DNA of 64,000 bases from a virus: positions 6,165 to 70,164 of IMG/VR virus record IMGVR_UViG_3300049027_000085; one strand, written 5' to 3'. The notes under the pieces are model-generated. The model did no database searches. It had not been told where the DNA came from and saw only the letters and a list, made by a program, of their open reading frames with translations. Position 1 is the stretch's first letter. Each line of letters opens with the position of its first letter. Shown piece after piece: positions 13,101 through 18,658 of the stretch. A program made the translations under genes and the position numbers.

Positions 13101-15494
13101 AAGGACGAACGCGTCAAGAAGCTGAAGCTCCACCGCGACGCGGAGAAGGCGGTCCGCCCTGAGAGAGACAAGCGGACCGCACTTCAGGTCGCGATCGACA
13201 ACCACATCGAGGCGGGCGGCACCAAGCTGACCCGCGACGACGTGCTTGGGGTCAAGGACAGGAACCGGTTCTTCAGCCAGCGTGCCGGGAAGATGAAGCC
13301 GTCGGAGATCAACGACCTCTACCTCGAGGCGGTGAACCTCTACATCGACGCGACATCCGACATCCGCGAGGCGCAACAGCAGCGCCGCGCCGAGGCGACC
13401 CTCAAGGCGCCGGGCTACCAGCCCGCCCTTGACAAGGAAGAGGTCAAGCAGATCAACAAGGAGCTCGACGAGGCGCGGCGGCTGAAGACCAAGGAGAGCC
13501 ACAACCTCAGGAAGCTGATCGAGCACATCGTCGGCAGGCCGTTGACCAAGCGGGAACGGCTGGGCGACTGGTACATGCGGCTCAACCGGAATGGCGAGGC
13601 GCTGCTCACCGCGACCGTCAAGACCGCGGCCCACAACGTGATCGCCCAGCGCGGCACGAAGGTGATCAACGCCCTCGAGACCGCGGTCGAACTGGCGTTC
13701 GCCAAGGCCGAGCAGACGCTGGGCGTGAGCATATTCAGTGAGACCGGACTCGACATACCCGCGTCGACGCGGCTCCGCGACGTGCTCAAAGAAGAGGTCA
13801 AGAGCAGCACCTTCCCGTCGGTCCGCAAGGCGCTCCAAGAGTACCGTGACGGCGAGGCCGACCTCATCTCCGCGCTGCAGACGGTTGCTGCCTACAAACA
13901 GCGCGTGGTCGAAGGGGTCCTGGGCCACAACCCGGACCTCTACGACCAGATGATAGGGGCCTTCTCTTACGGCCAGGAACAGGCCGAGGCGCGTCCGATC
14001 GACGAAAGTTATGGCATGGGTGCCAAGACGGTCGAGCGGTTCGTGCGGGGCGTCGAGCGGTACACCCATTACGGGACGGTCCTCAATCGGATCCAGGAGA
14101 AGCACTACCGGTTCGCCACCTTCCTGGCGACCTTGACCGCCGACCTGAAGGGCATGGGCGTCGACCTCGACGCGGTGGTCGAGGAAGGGCAGACGGCGAA
14201 CATACCACGCAACCTGTTGGAGCGTGCGACGAAACGCGCCCTCGAGGACACGTTCGGCGAGGACCTGCCCAGCGACTCGAGCCTGGCGCAGTTCATCAAG
14301 GCCGGCCACAACAGCGCCGCGTGGATACCGTTCATGCTGAACCCGATGCTGTTCCGCAGGTTCTTCTACAACAGCGGCAAGTTCATGGTCGAACACACGC
14401 CCCTCGTGTTGGCGAAAACGGTCACCGCCAAGGGGTTCAGCCGGCGCGACGCTGCCAAGTTCGTGATGGGGACCAGCATGTTCCTGTTCGCCCTCCAGGT
14501 GCTGCGTGAGTTCGGGTCTGACGACGACGACCCGACGGTGCTCAACATCCACGGCCACAACCTGAGGATCAGCGCGTTCAACCCGATCTCGACCTTCATC
14601 GTGATGGCGAACTTCTACCGCAGGTACGAGAAGGGCAAGACGCCCATGAAGACCGGCGACGAGCTGTTCCAGCTGCTGGGGATCGACACCCGGTACCCGA
14701 ACCTCGCGCTCGACTGGTGGAAGAGCATCATCAACCTCGGCTCGGGCGACGAGGCGAAGTACGTCAAGCTCAGCGAGCAGAGCACCATCCTCGGTGCACG
14801 AGGGCTGTCCGCGTTCCTACGGCCCCTGGCGACCGTCAAGGACATCATCAGCCAGTTCGATGAAATGGAGTCGGCCGTCCGCGACCCGATGGGGCAGACG
14901 TTCCGCACCGAGCTTGGCAAGACGGTCCCGCTGGTCTCGACCCGCGAGGCGCCGCTGCTGGGCCCGCCGCCGCCTGTCCGTGAGGACGTGATGACAGGCA
15001 AGCCGATGACGAAGAAGAGCCCGCTGCTCGACCAGATGGGGTTCACGTTCATCAACGACAACCAGGTCGGGGCGAAGTTCAGCCCGGCTGAGGAGTACCT
15101 CGACCAGGCTGCAGCACAGGAGCGGTCACTGAGGCCCAAGAAGTTCAAGGACCCCGAGGAGCGCCGGAGGTCAGGGTACACAGCTCAGCTGTTCACGGCC
15201 ATAGACAAGGGCAACGACGTCAGCAAGGTCGCCGTGGACTACAAGAAGCGCGGGCTGATCACCAAGGACCAGCTGGATGACCTGCTTGACGCGAACCGGA
15301 TCAAGAGCACGGTCGAGCGCAAGGCGAAGGTCGCCAGCATCGGGAAGATCGTGGACGCCTGGTACCTGGCGAACGAGGATGAAAGGAAGATCCTGCGGAA
15401 GGTGCTGACGCAGAAGGTCGCCAACCAGAAGAAACGTGGCAGCCTGAAGCCGGAAGAAGAAAGGGTGGCGAGAGAAATCCTCACCACCCCTTGA
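1200..15494 (+). CDS. Giant (4764 aa) virion/ejection polyvalent protein with M15 peptidase, SH3-like, GGDEF, zincin, WCT and HTH modules
   Basis: Single uninterrupted ORF. Motifs: SGYRS..Q..LY..ARPGTSDH..AVD (M15), DDLTGLANR/RRGGDEF (GGDEF), HEKIH..EE (zincin), SWCTSRG, and SLRQAAKENGVSHELLRRRF (HTH). It also has Gly/Ala-rich hydrophobic segments typical of ejection proteins. Confidence 0.8.
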   Translation: MAQDQDKPFTKLLNQVAPPLTQPKKKRPRRKPVAQQPANNPDQEKYNLFVNALKKRGIPVNSGYRSRQQQANLYNRLPKGEAARPGTSDHEFWRAVDTPPDADENLIREAAKEAGIELGPHRIHQGTGRHRHQSFNKPKQQEGEFTKLLKQLPQEPQDGEFTQLLKGLGGPTDRSEVQDTGNDRPWVPKMYTIHDVPGAPQGQQTTQKQVPVGTSEPQEPAAGVAAVDPTAAQDPGSRAFSKKVTFRDKPEGVSNTEWAIQQLIPEIVNRTGHSQGDVERQLRKGIAHYEGTPLDEISPESYYEFAGSEDFVNALDQQRDAREAALEAALESPEEWSPADWDRFSKETGTDPAEIQAALSGQSERFSSFAEAGNQRRQALAAKTQELMQQGGLTQFQAGVRARVEMGILDELKAQELLQKDQKAQQEFEAYFRENFIDTRAVTAGLGQVSSMGGGMNPVQDSQTFAKLQDPVEYEKARSEYVAMQMQNMLQQYGSYDAAMQRHKNVMRDYDPNLRPLARPLEMAKSLVKALPEAVSSIFRTGAFLQDFITPGMVYRAVTDTPSTPTKDKNLVKLAEWVEKHTEENLGQNKDLQVEFMNSLALNLAFNVGPNAVGQLLTQVGAGALGGGAKLATLIGMGQGLGEQQKEAIKGGASENQIKLHSLIGAVAAVPDIIPLAKWMHEPTLLNKFFGKFFAGAVEQVGEEAALQATKGLIARTLSRAKTFAAGSAMEGLQELSEKKINDAVATMTYDPKRRVLVFTDEDLLETLGGAVGGLGGAAVEITMEGEQPTTANPTVDQVLAQYNQTAPAQTTAKTPDPMAIAPPPPPAAVEPVEQPVGVQVGSTVEAPFRGKTVTGTVTNIENGKLTVQTENNTFVVNEKRATPVTQQTAPPAAAPPVEPDAVPKSVVPVQAGIKVAPYDGPQAAPEETATPSVKSVERRGVRERVADFIYPEGKNRRETAERAAQTDDLTGLANRGALDRALPAAEKDPNTSVIAFDANNFGQINKKVSQQAGDQALKDIASAIQQAAKEEGVGERVFRRGGDEFVVLAPKAKAERVRKLAEQIYGDKDYSGVKVSISGTVGNTFNEADATLQDAKAVKKGLKSAPKGSLKRTFKGPVEQQSYYANREFLKKELDKVGLEADPAVIEATTEALFKKWPDPKTFRKAITDFIRDETNDHVTDRVELLDLQGKLKRKKLSPDDQTKVHYIKKKLQEYTSGKMLRLREEFDLDAIAEDILFRMARADFGAAKGDPNTGYVMSDWTGEEVGIGDIVKYRVDKRQGTVERIVDEYGETEAVVRLTHDSQGREILPQNQHNVSWPERDIRLVTRNPEVTGQPDLARTFDIYLNKYKGLFDKQDVKVEEFTKLFERGIIAPARQLAAPLTYRPPYTVSSLLQPQFDDFRAKNKLVSKETITSMAFKNAKPLEKEFINTVLASPIFKDRKKFPFNEFELELSRELLPLNVIYSAHHANYGVSRLGAYDSYGKEETHIYDVPAVNATLDAMDHGYTAHWTDQYDEMVDRAQYKVDQVVSPSGEPVYLVVPDIVYDIDYPSTGYALEQEYPRWVRKKGKGDKGDFKLNEESLYEVSVFNTRNREDAELVAKDLTQRVKRTKGLFGHTRVWYKDDTAYIAEIQGEGLQRFTYPYHGGTKSTWTTKKWHWGASQWDVSRSVSSAVEMVFNHFQKRHAVKGTVDEKMDEFIDFVMEGKMTMDALSDISDATTAIKKGGELMDRIANDILSEIENRVDTDPEYRDDKGNTKLTPDDRMKVMSKELAKMSDQLQIGKLRRQAIETKLEELKEYAEEVDQKEKVAYGLINSEEYTQAIDELVHHIRLAADLRRDDWKLAVDRFKQDMEDNLWEEWKTEADARTWIHDRHQTGDNQFYLIRSYKDPQTKEISYVPMSEVNYYEYSTNDLHGLWDDASSKVETLAQEIIEETFEDQVKFGSDFFYMLKNPMVAHFRGGRWVEHAMNDDWSFIDNAQIRSEIQEAARDHFSTKTNRMKSSDKLRAEYEDLKMSYSSEDFKNFEDLERDLIKKWKSFTDIVPLWAKQFIYHQKNFGPRMAREEIQRAAKRGLKTVRMAAPETGALIEGHVDTTQISDARKVVDPNLGYSVYTQYRSDRLDAGDIIYLDGSQEPYMVVEVGEGWLKAAKGTSVIMGTPDKVIMNLTAEAPDRTRDIEAQARELLEEFGYRIFPASSRSGSILAAYEGPGFDIVELKMPDTGDPKKIDLKKLRAGIRTHHQPIFDRYVEMADWTFKERPDARWVTDHNGHRWIEFDITEADVNKPIALFRADLLEDHIDQRDKWAQREEMDDEFFRAIDSQIDDSGAVRLNFAAAELIRRIETQTQIDQGDDPFVPLFAAAMGRQQDVDNWIDRLATIDSELTRLGYPDDSRKGIQELRKQLESLPNRVGVIYTRNFALPHEKIHEARYLNAAMEASVRSYYDDFEATFNAAKTDRGNMTVNEKAFRNYFSKTYYNNRKFSSLDREERGILHEEVFTAITDGDYAKLKLTDSEAARFIEADLDAYVKKNGDQILDDIEVWANEKVKKFAAVEKLLAGKQATKELKKAGISVQETESRNGERDRGGAQDAGTQEADGRGVKDRRLPKTVGRNTSLVEDDLTSVARQLEQLPRDVAAKGAEEWLESQGFESAYSQVFDLPPSGQNTAKRMAVIEHIDAQVERYTQQGDTGRAKEWYSRLVTLTNAISPDYTEYGRAIGQLARWADLDPQAVVGHTQQKMAKAGKADKLTLEQQQQLRDQAKQIAELEKKVQDLEAKKNGAGGKGKSHPLNQQKLRATAALQALKSKLGSLKRYNQSLKAAADKIRKLGAQGTAASWINRNENNVTNWQELFNDPNGLDKLREQVDHSHTIASNNAKIKELSITDMNGYLDQQVALADDGANLANPQIQRAVQLARTNRKAAVDSLVNWVMNERQQSLQEWDKYLTNDNDVYAEDPFFRDFVWQGLTESLRNDRPDIPPSLDRAVLAGVYETFSQGNNFTGFMKLYKKESSRALAEAKDMTKVTTSGGQWVKIPRTSQDSPDFEQNANRLRSLSAQSWCTSRGMERPYIQKGDFWIYQEGGVTELAIRFDGDQVVEIQGRLNNGRIPVEYIQQVTELQNSGEVQFSKGAQTQIDRAKRQVVETQKIEKWLEDENIKVGSVSTEVSNAETLEHAKMAYVGENMPRRLASIIYDRYEGIADLEWHVDRERDMYIAGGRLTEDDIENVTDKYQYVIAQLAWEEMTAHHDDEQDYDDERNPGDLVDPNWRLNNFLEDTEFKHFDDLYDTFFPGKFKAPAPKPITKEQLSEVKNAESLGQAQAIYEYHTNLNQFIADNKEYISKRQLDGVTNPSISEAYRKRNFDQLTRTVGIRKTFESAPLWQQEEMLGLRKLKNGNYVFPHRVSIGADGTIGNPYMYRPTLGLQGNIPTYGLPIGKFLDKIEVFESSVQLRKGVKVPKLRLAEKNLVIEARGVEVPKLQVVGGNLYIQRTATKDIKFPNLVAVGRSIGVLNIYNYATEGLKAPDVLKFPKLIREGSRGLNQPGMVMSWKPEKETSSSGHTFTQMVEHNHDLKGNKLDSSNTTQLGHKKFDARTFASNLRLRKGQKGYSLKSAFDDTKHGPGPRGPKRGFLVDEDQVRKVYREYLDGKSLRQAAKENGVSHELLRRRFKELGLDLKTKGEGAEDMWRDGRGKGSLKNAFGDIEGDDDFLSYEGDVESRVTEYIDRFEPKNSLEREIFRRYIKDVVNPDEEILEILNPPDRIMLAEFLGERYATEWAEEWQDVYEKSPTEEQVKDVEDRMFKLAKEAAERYDAEDPLPAAANQEIDNDPARPLEDRLNDMAMNAYWDNITKSDPMAEQEDDDNDSWPDLLMRVDEDRPISDFPKDTRDALVDVAKYKYLEGRMADGLSFDDWRSAVMNELVAAKVDPAQLEGYYKSLYREVVSQVKQERFRAELDRMKEKYNLQDDTAARLALIEEKDERVKKLKLHRDAEKAVRPERDKRTALQVAIDNHIEAGGTKLTRDDVLGVKDRNRFFSQRAGKMKPSEINDLYLEAVNLYIDATSDIREAQQQRRAEATLKAPGYQPALDKEEVKQINKELDEARRLKTKESHNLRKLIEHIVGRPLTKRERLGDWYMRLNRNGEALLTATVKTAAHNVIAQRGTKVINALETAVELAFAKAEQTLGVSIFSETGLDIPASTRLRDVLKEEVKSSTFPSVRKALQEYRDGEADLISALQTVAAYKQRVVEGVLGHNPDLYDQMIGAFSYGQEQAEARPIDESYGMGAKTVERFVRGVERYTHYGTVLNRIQEKHYRFATFLATLTADLKGMGVDLDAVVEEGQTANIPRNLLERATKRALEDTFGEDLPSDSSLAQFIKAGHNSAAWIPFMLNPMLFRRFFYNSGKFMVEHTPLVLAKTVTAKGFSRRDAAKFVMGTSMFLFALQVLREFGSDDDDPTVLNIHGHNLRISAFNPISTFIVMANFYRRYEKGKTPMKTGDELFQLLGIDTRYPNLALDWWKSIINLGSGDEAKYVKLSEQSTILGARGLSAFLRPLATVKDIISQFDEMESAVRDPMGQTFRTELGKTVPLVSTREAPLLGPPPPVREDVMTGKPMTKKSPLLDQMGFTFINDNQVGAKFSPAEEYLDQAAAQERSLRPKKFKDPEERRRSGYTAQLFTAIDKGNDVSKVAVDYKKRGLITKDQLDDLLDANRIKSTVERKAKVASIGKIVDAWYLANEDERKILRKVLTQKVANQKKRGSLKPEEERVAREILTTP
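1335..1610 (+). other. Peptidase M15-like (peptidoglycan hydrolase) domain of the giant protein
   Basis: NSGYRSRQQQANLY...AARPGTSDHEFWRAVD...HRH matches the SxH-x6-D...HxH zinc-ligand pattern. Confidence 0.75.
4080..4505 (+). other. GGDEF (diguanylate cyclase) domain of the giant protein
   Basis: TDDLTGLANR, FDANNFGQIN..AGDQAL, RRGGDEFVVL (about 4317-4346), SISG, ADATLQDAK. Confidence 0.9.
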
Positions 15495-15523
15495 CGCGCC
15501 CTGGAGCCTATGCCCTGCCCGGC

Positions 15524-16075
15524 TTAGTCATCCCGAGACGCGTTTTCTGTCCCGGCCTGATCGCTATCAGGGGGCTCCGGTAATTCCTCTGTCTCGGATC
15601 CACCCTGGTACTCAGCCACGTCCTTCTGCTCGGCGGCCGGGCGGTTCTCGGTCTGCGGTTCTGCTGCTTCAGTTTCTTGTTCTGCCATGTTAACTGTCTC
15701 CTGTTGAGTTGAATTACCTTCCCCTTGATCGACGAACTTTCTGAGCGACTCGATGGTCGCCTTGAACAGGTGGTCCTTCACCTGCTGCTCCTTCGGGAGC
15801 TTCTCATAAGGCACGATGCACGGGTGCTCCTTCTTGTCGGCGTCCTTGTTCAGGCCCCACACCCAGCCATGCGAGATCTTCAACCTCAGCCAGCTCTTGT
15901 GGCTCTCCTCAGCGGTGGTGCTCGGGTCCGAGAGGTGAAGGTTGACGCCGGCGATCGCCGACTCACGCTGCCAGCTGGGAGCCTTGTCCCACTCGACTTG
16001 CGACGTGTCGCCGATCGCCTCACAGTACGCCTTGTTTATGTTGTGGCAGATCTCTGCCAGGTCTCTTGCGTTCAT
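15524..16075 (-). CDS. RyR-domain protein with acidic C-terminal tail
   Basis: HKSWLRLKISHGWVWG..KDADKKEHPCIVPYEKLPKEQQVKD is the RyR-domain signature. Confidence 0.8.
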   Translation of the reverse strand: MNARDLAEICHNINKAYCEAIGDTSQVEWDKAPSWQRESAIAGVNLHLSDPSTTAEESHKSWLRLKISHGWVWGLNKDADKKEHPCIVPYEKLPKEQQVKDHLFKATIESLRKFVDQGEGNSTQQETVNMAEQETEAAEPQTENRPAAEQKDVAEYQGGSETEELPEPPDSDQAGTENASRDD

Positions 16076-16079
16076 AACT

Positions 16080-16334
16080 CTACTCGTTACACGCGATCGT
16101 CAGGTTGATCGCCATGTTCAGCTCACGCAGCTTCCTTAGGGCTGCGGTCTGATCAGCGCATTCAGGTGTATACTCAAGGATCATCTCAGCGACCTCTTTA
16201 CACTTGTCACGGATGATCTCATACCGGTCCACTTGATTCGGAGTCGGCGGGTGGTGGACGAACCAGTTATCCGCCACCTCTTCCGCATTGCTGCGACGGG
16301 GTCGCGGCTTTTTCACTTCAGCTTCATTTTCCAT
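16080..16334 (-). CDS. Acb2/Tad1-like helical-hairpin protein (candidate cyclic-nucleotide sponge)
   Basis: NWFVHHPP..QVDRYEIIRDK..EVAEMI..TP..DQTAALRKLRELNMAINLTIA resembles the FxYHxP..Y..IR..LA..P.SRE..A..KLEE..MWANA.IA hairpin family. Confidence 0.6.
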   Translation of the reverse strand: MENEAEVKKPRPRRSNAEEVADNWFVHHPPTPNQVDRYEIIRDKCKEVAEMILEYTPECADQTAALRKLRELNMAINLTIACNE

Positions 16335-17077
16335 AACGTGTTCCTCGCCTGCTCCGGAAACATCGGAGCCATCATGACACTTATTAAGTTAGAACAATAG
16401 TACTTGTTCAACTCGGTGAACATCTTCAGGTGCCACGCCTCGAACTTCCCCTTGTAGTCCTTCTGGCTGGCGAACGTGCCGAACTTCTCGGTCACGGTGA
16501 AGTGCCTGTCGACCAGCTCCTGCACCTCCTGGTGGGTGAACTCCTGCGGCTGGACGCCGTTGCCGTCGCCGGAGTCGTACGTGTGGTTGCCGGCAGCCCC
16601 CACAGCGGGGTCGTAGTTCGGCGTCGAGAGGTAAAAGACGGAGTCCGCATCACCGCAGGCCGCGAACCGGTCCATGAACTCAGGGCCGTTCTGCTTGCCG
16701 ACGTGCTCGAGCACCTCGAAGCTGACCACGTGCTTGGCACGCGGCAACTCCTGAAAGAACCCGATCGGCGCCTTCACGATGTCTAGCTCATAGAACCCGA
16801 CCCACGGCACTTCCTTGAACGCCTCGCGCGCCTTCTCGACCGTCTTCTTACGGATCTCGAGGCCGGTGTACGGGTCGGCTTTGAAGCGGTTGCGGTACAG
16901 CACCTCAGCGAGGTTACCTTGACCGCAGCCGAAGTCGGTCACACTGTCCCCGACCTTCATGCACTTCAGCACGTGCGTCCACCTGAGGTAGTGCGCGAAC
17001 TGGTCGCGATGGTAGATGTGGCGCTCAAACGCCGTCTTCGGATCTAAATCGGTCGTGTTGTAGTTCTTCTTGCTCAT
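16313..17077 (-). CDS. Class I SAM-dependent methyltransferase
   Basis: VTDFGCGQG (motif I), GLEIR (motif II), SFEVLEHV, LSTPN. RBS TTGAAAGGAGG lies upstream. Confidence 0.85.
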   Translation of the reverse strand: MSKKNYNTTDLDPKTAFERHIYHRDQFAHYLRWTHVLKCMKVGDSVTDFGCGQGNLAEVLYRNRFKADPYTGLEIRKKTVEKAREAFKEVPWVGFYELDIVKAPIGFFQELPRAKHVVSFEVLEHVGKQNGPEFMDRFAACGDADSVFYLSTPNYDPAVGAAGNHTYDSGDGNGVQPQEFTHQEVQELVDRHFTVTEKFGTFASQKDYKGKFEAWHLKMFTELNKYYCSNLISVMMAPMFPEQARNTLWKMKLK

Positions 17078-17258
17078 TGCTCTTTGCTCCTCCTTTCAAA
17101 CGGTTATCCTTTACGTACAAGTAGATCTTGCTGCCTACTTTCTTTTGCATCGTGTCGAACCCTCTTGCGGCGAAATCTTCTCTGAATTGTTTTGCGCGCA
17201 CGGGATCCGATGTGGCTTTGCTCGTTCTCCTGTAGCCGTCTATCACCTCTGGTAGCAT
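17025..17258 (-). CDS. Hypothetical protein
   Basis: AGGAGG RBS before the ATG. Fills the gap in the operon. Confidence 0.5.
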   Translation of the reverse strand: MLPEVIDGYRRTSKATSDPVRAKQFREDFAARGFDTMQKKVGSKIYLYVKDNRLKGGAKSNEQEELQHDRFRSEDGV

Positions 17259-17505
17259 GTAACCTCCTGAGCCTCAGCTCGATCCTCGCGTCCTGGACCA
17301 GGTTGTTCACCTGCACGTCCCGCCAGTTGGTCTTGAACGAGAGCATCCCGAGACGCTGCATCGCCATCACTATTTGTCGGTCTTTGAGTCCGCGTCTTGG
17401 GCCACAGGGAGGCTCCCCGTAGGGATAACCGTCGAGCTGTAGCTCGGCCCAGTTGTCTGCGACCCACTCGATCCTCTTGAGTTTGTCCTCTGCTGTGTTT
17501 CCCAT
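17104..17505 (-). CDS. Hypothetical protein (MGNTAEDK...)
   Basis: ATG at 17505 begins where the deaminase homology ends. It is the 3' part of the 300-aa ORF-track call. Confidence 0.5.
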   Translation of the reverse strand: MGNTAEDKLKRIEWVADNWAELQLDGYPYGEPPCGPRRGLKDRQIVMAMQRLGMLSFKTNWRDVQVNNLVQDARIELRLRRLHATRGDRRLQENEQSHIGSRARKTIQRRFRRKRVRHDAKESRQQDLLVRKG

Positions 17506-17930
17506 GCTTCGACTTGAACACCGGCGGACATCAGCAGGGCGATGCCCATCGGGTCCTTGTACCCCTCCAAGTAAACTACCCTCTTGATCGGCGTTTGCAA
17601 AATCCGCAGAGCGCACTTCGTACAGGGGGCAGTCGTGCAGTAGAGCGTGTCCGCCCGGTCGATCCTGTCCCCTGCGAAGTGGATCGCGTTGTCCTCGGCG
17701 TGGAGCGCCAGGCAGAGGTTCGTCGTCCCTGACGGCTCGTTCACCCCGGGACAAGGCGTCTCCGTGCAGTTGGGGAGCTTCGACGGCGGCCCGTTGTACG
17801 CCGTGCTCAGGATCCGCTGCCGGTCGTCGATGATCACCGCGCCGCCCTGACGCCTCGGGCAGCTCGCCCTCAGCTTCACGCCGAGGACAATGTCGAGGTA
17901 GTACTCGTCCCAACTCGGGCGTCCACCCAC
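17370..17930 (-). CDS. dCMP deaminase
   Basis: RPSWDEYY, ASC.RRQ.GAVI, YNG, HAEDNA, PCTKC. Probable GTG start at 17930. Confidence 0.9.
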   Translation of the reverse strand: MGGRPSWDEYYLDIVLGVKLRASCPRRQGGAVIIDDRQRILSTAYNGPPSKLPNCTETPCPGVNEPSGTTNLCLALHAEDNAIHFAGDRIDRADTLYCTTAPCTKCALRILQTPIKRVVYLEGYKDPMGIALLMSAGVQVEAWETQQRTNSRGSSGSQTTGPSYSSTVIPTGSLPVAQDADSKTDK

Positions 17931-18658
17931 TCTTTCGCCAGTTTCTTGTCCACGTTCCATTGTCCGTTCTCCTTGAAGTAGTCCAGCAGGTAGAAGTGCC
18001 GGTCATAAATGTGCCCTGAACCGCAGTGCCAGATGATCAACCCACGGTGAAAACGAACGGCCGGGGAGTTTAATTTCTCCAGCATCCTGTCGCGCACGTA
18101 GGTGGCCCACGCGAGGTCATTCGGATACCCGTAGATCATGTCGCATGACCGCATGTAAACCATCATATTCAACGCACCGGCTTGATCAATATTGAACTGG
18201 TACGAGTACGTGCACATGTAGTCGTTGCGACCGTTGTGGTTGAAGTCACGCGTCATCGAGGGGCGGTTGAACTGTATCACCGCCCTCCTGGTGTGCGTGT
18301 CCTTCTTCAACTGGTTGACCGCGAACATGAACTGGTGGTGGTTGTCCTTGCTGAACACGACCCAGCCGTAGTTCGAGTTGATCACCCCGTCGTCGTCGGC
18401 GACCTCCTTCCAGATCTTCGGCACATCACCCGGGATGTCCTTCACCTTCAGGCTCTGGCTGAGGTACCACTGCTTCTCGCGCTCGATGTAGCCGAGGTCC
18501 GGCGCCCCGAAGAGCGCCGGGTCAGAGGCGTTGAACTGCAACGCCGTGATGTCGACGGTCCGCTGCCGGCCCTCGGTGAACTGTTTCGCCCCGTACAGGT
18601 AGAGAAACTGCTCGCGTATGTAACTGATCGGCGGGATGTTTCTCAGGATGAGACTCAC
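17876..18658 (-). CDS. dCMP hydroxymethylase (T4 gp42-like, thymidylate synthase fold)
   Basis: REKQWYLSQSL.VKDIPG..PKIW, INSNYGW, DYMCT, MRSCD..YGYPNDLAW and GSGHIYDRHFYL align with T4 gp42 as recalled. Asp occupies the position of ThyA Asn177, indicating dCMP specificity. Confidence 0.85.
   Translation of the reverse strand: MSLILRNIPPISYIREQFLYLYGAKQFTEGRQRTVDITALQFNASDPALFGAPDLGYIEREKQWYLSQSLKVKDIPGDVPKIWKEVADDDGVINSNYGWVVFSKDNHHQFMFAVNQLKKDTHTRRAVIQFNRPSMTRDFNHNGRNDYMCTYSYQFNIDQAGALNMMVYMRSCDMIYGYPNDLAWATYVRDRMLEKLNSPAVRFHRGLIIWHCGSGHIYDRHFYLLDYFKENGQWNVDKKLAKEWVDARVGTSTTSTLSSA

Noticed and set aside
12153-14558. Long antisense ORFs (801 aa here, and others opposite real genes)
   Set aside because: Shadow frames caused by strong GC3 bias, with no motifs or RBS.
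1200-15494. N4- or crAss-type virion RNA polymerase in the giant protein
   Set aside because: No convincing DxDGD/DFDID or T7-like RxxxK/HD catalytic motifs were found by eye. Not fully excluded without a structure search.
17025-17960. Long 3' gene overlaps (also at 35744-35877 and 39710-39916) suggesting a reassigned stop codon
   Set aside because: No single codon is shared at the expected ends. Stops are rare in alternate frames of GC-rich DNA, and TAA, TAG and TGA all end genes normally.
17876-18658. Ordinary thymidylate synthase (thyA)
   Set aside because: Asp at the specificity position and overall resemblance to T4 gp42 favour a dCMP-modifying enzyme.
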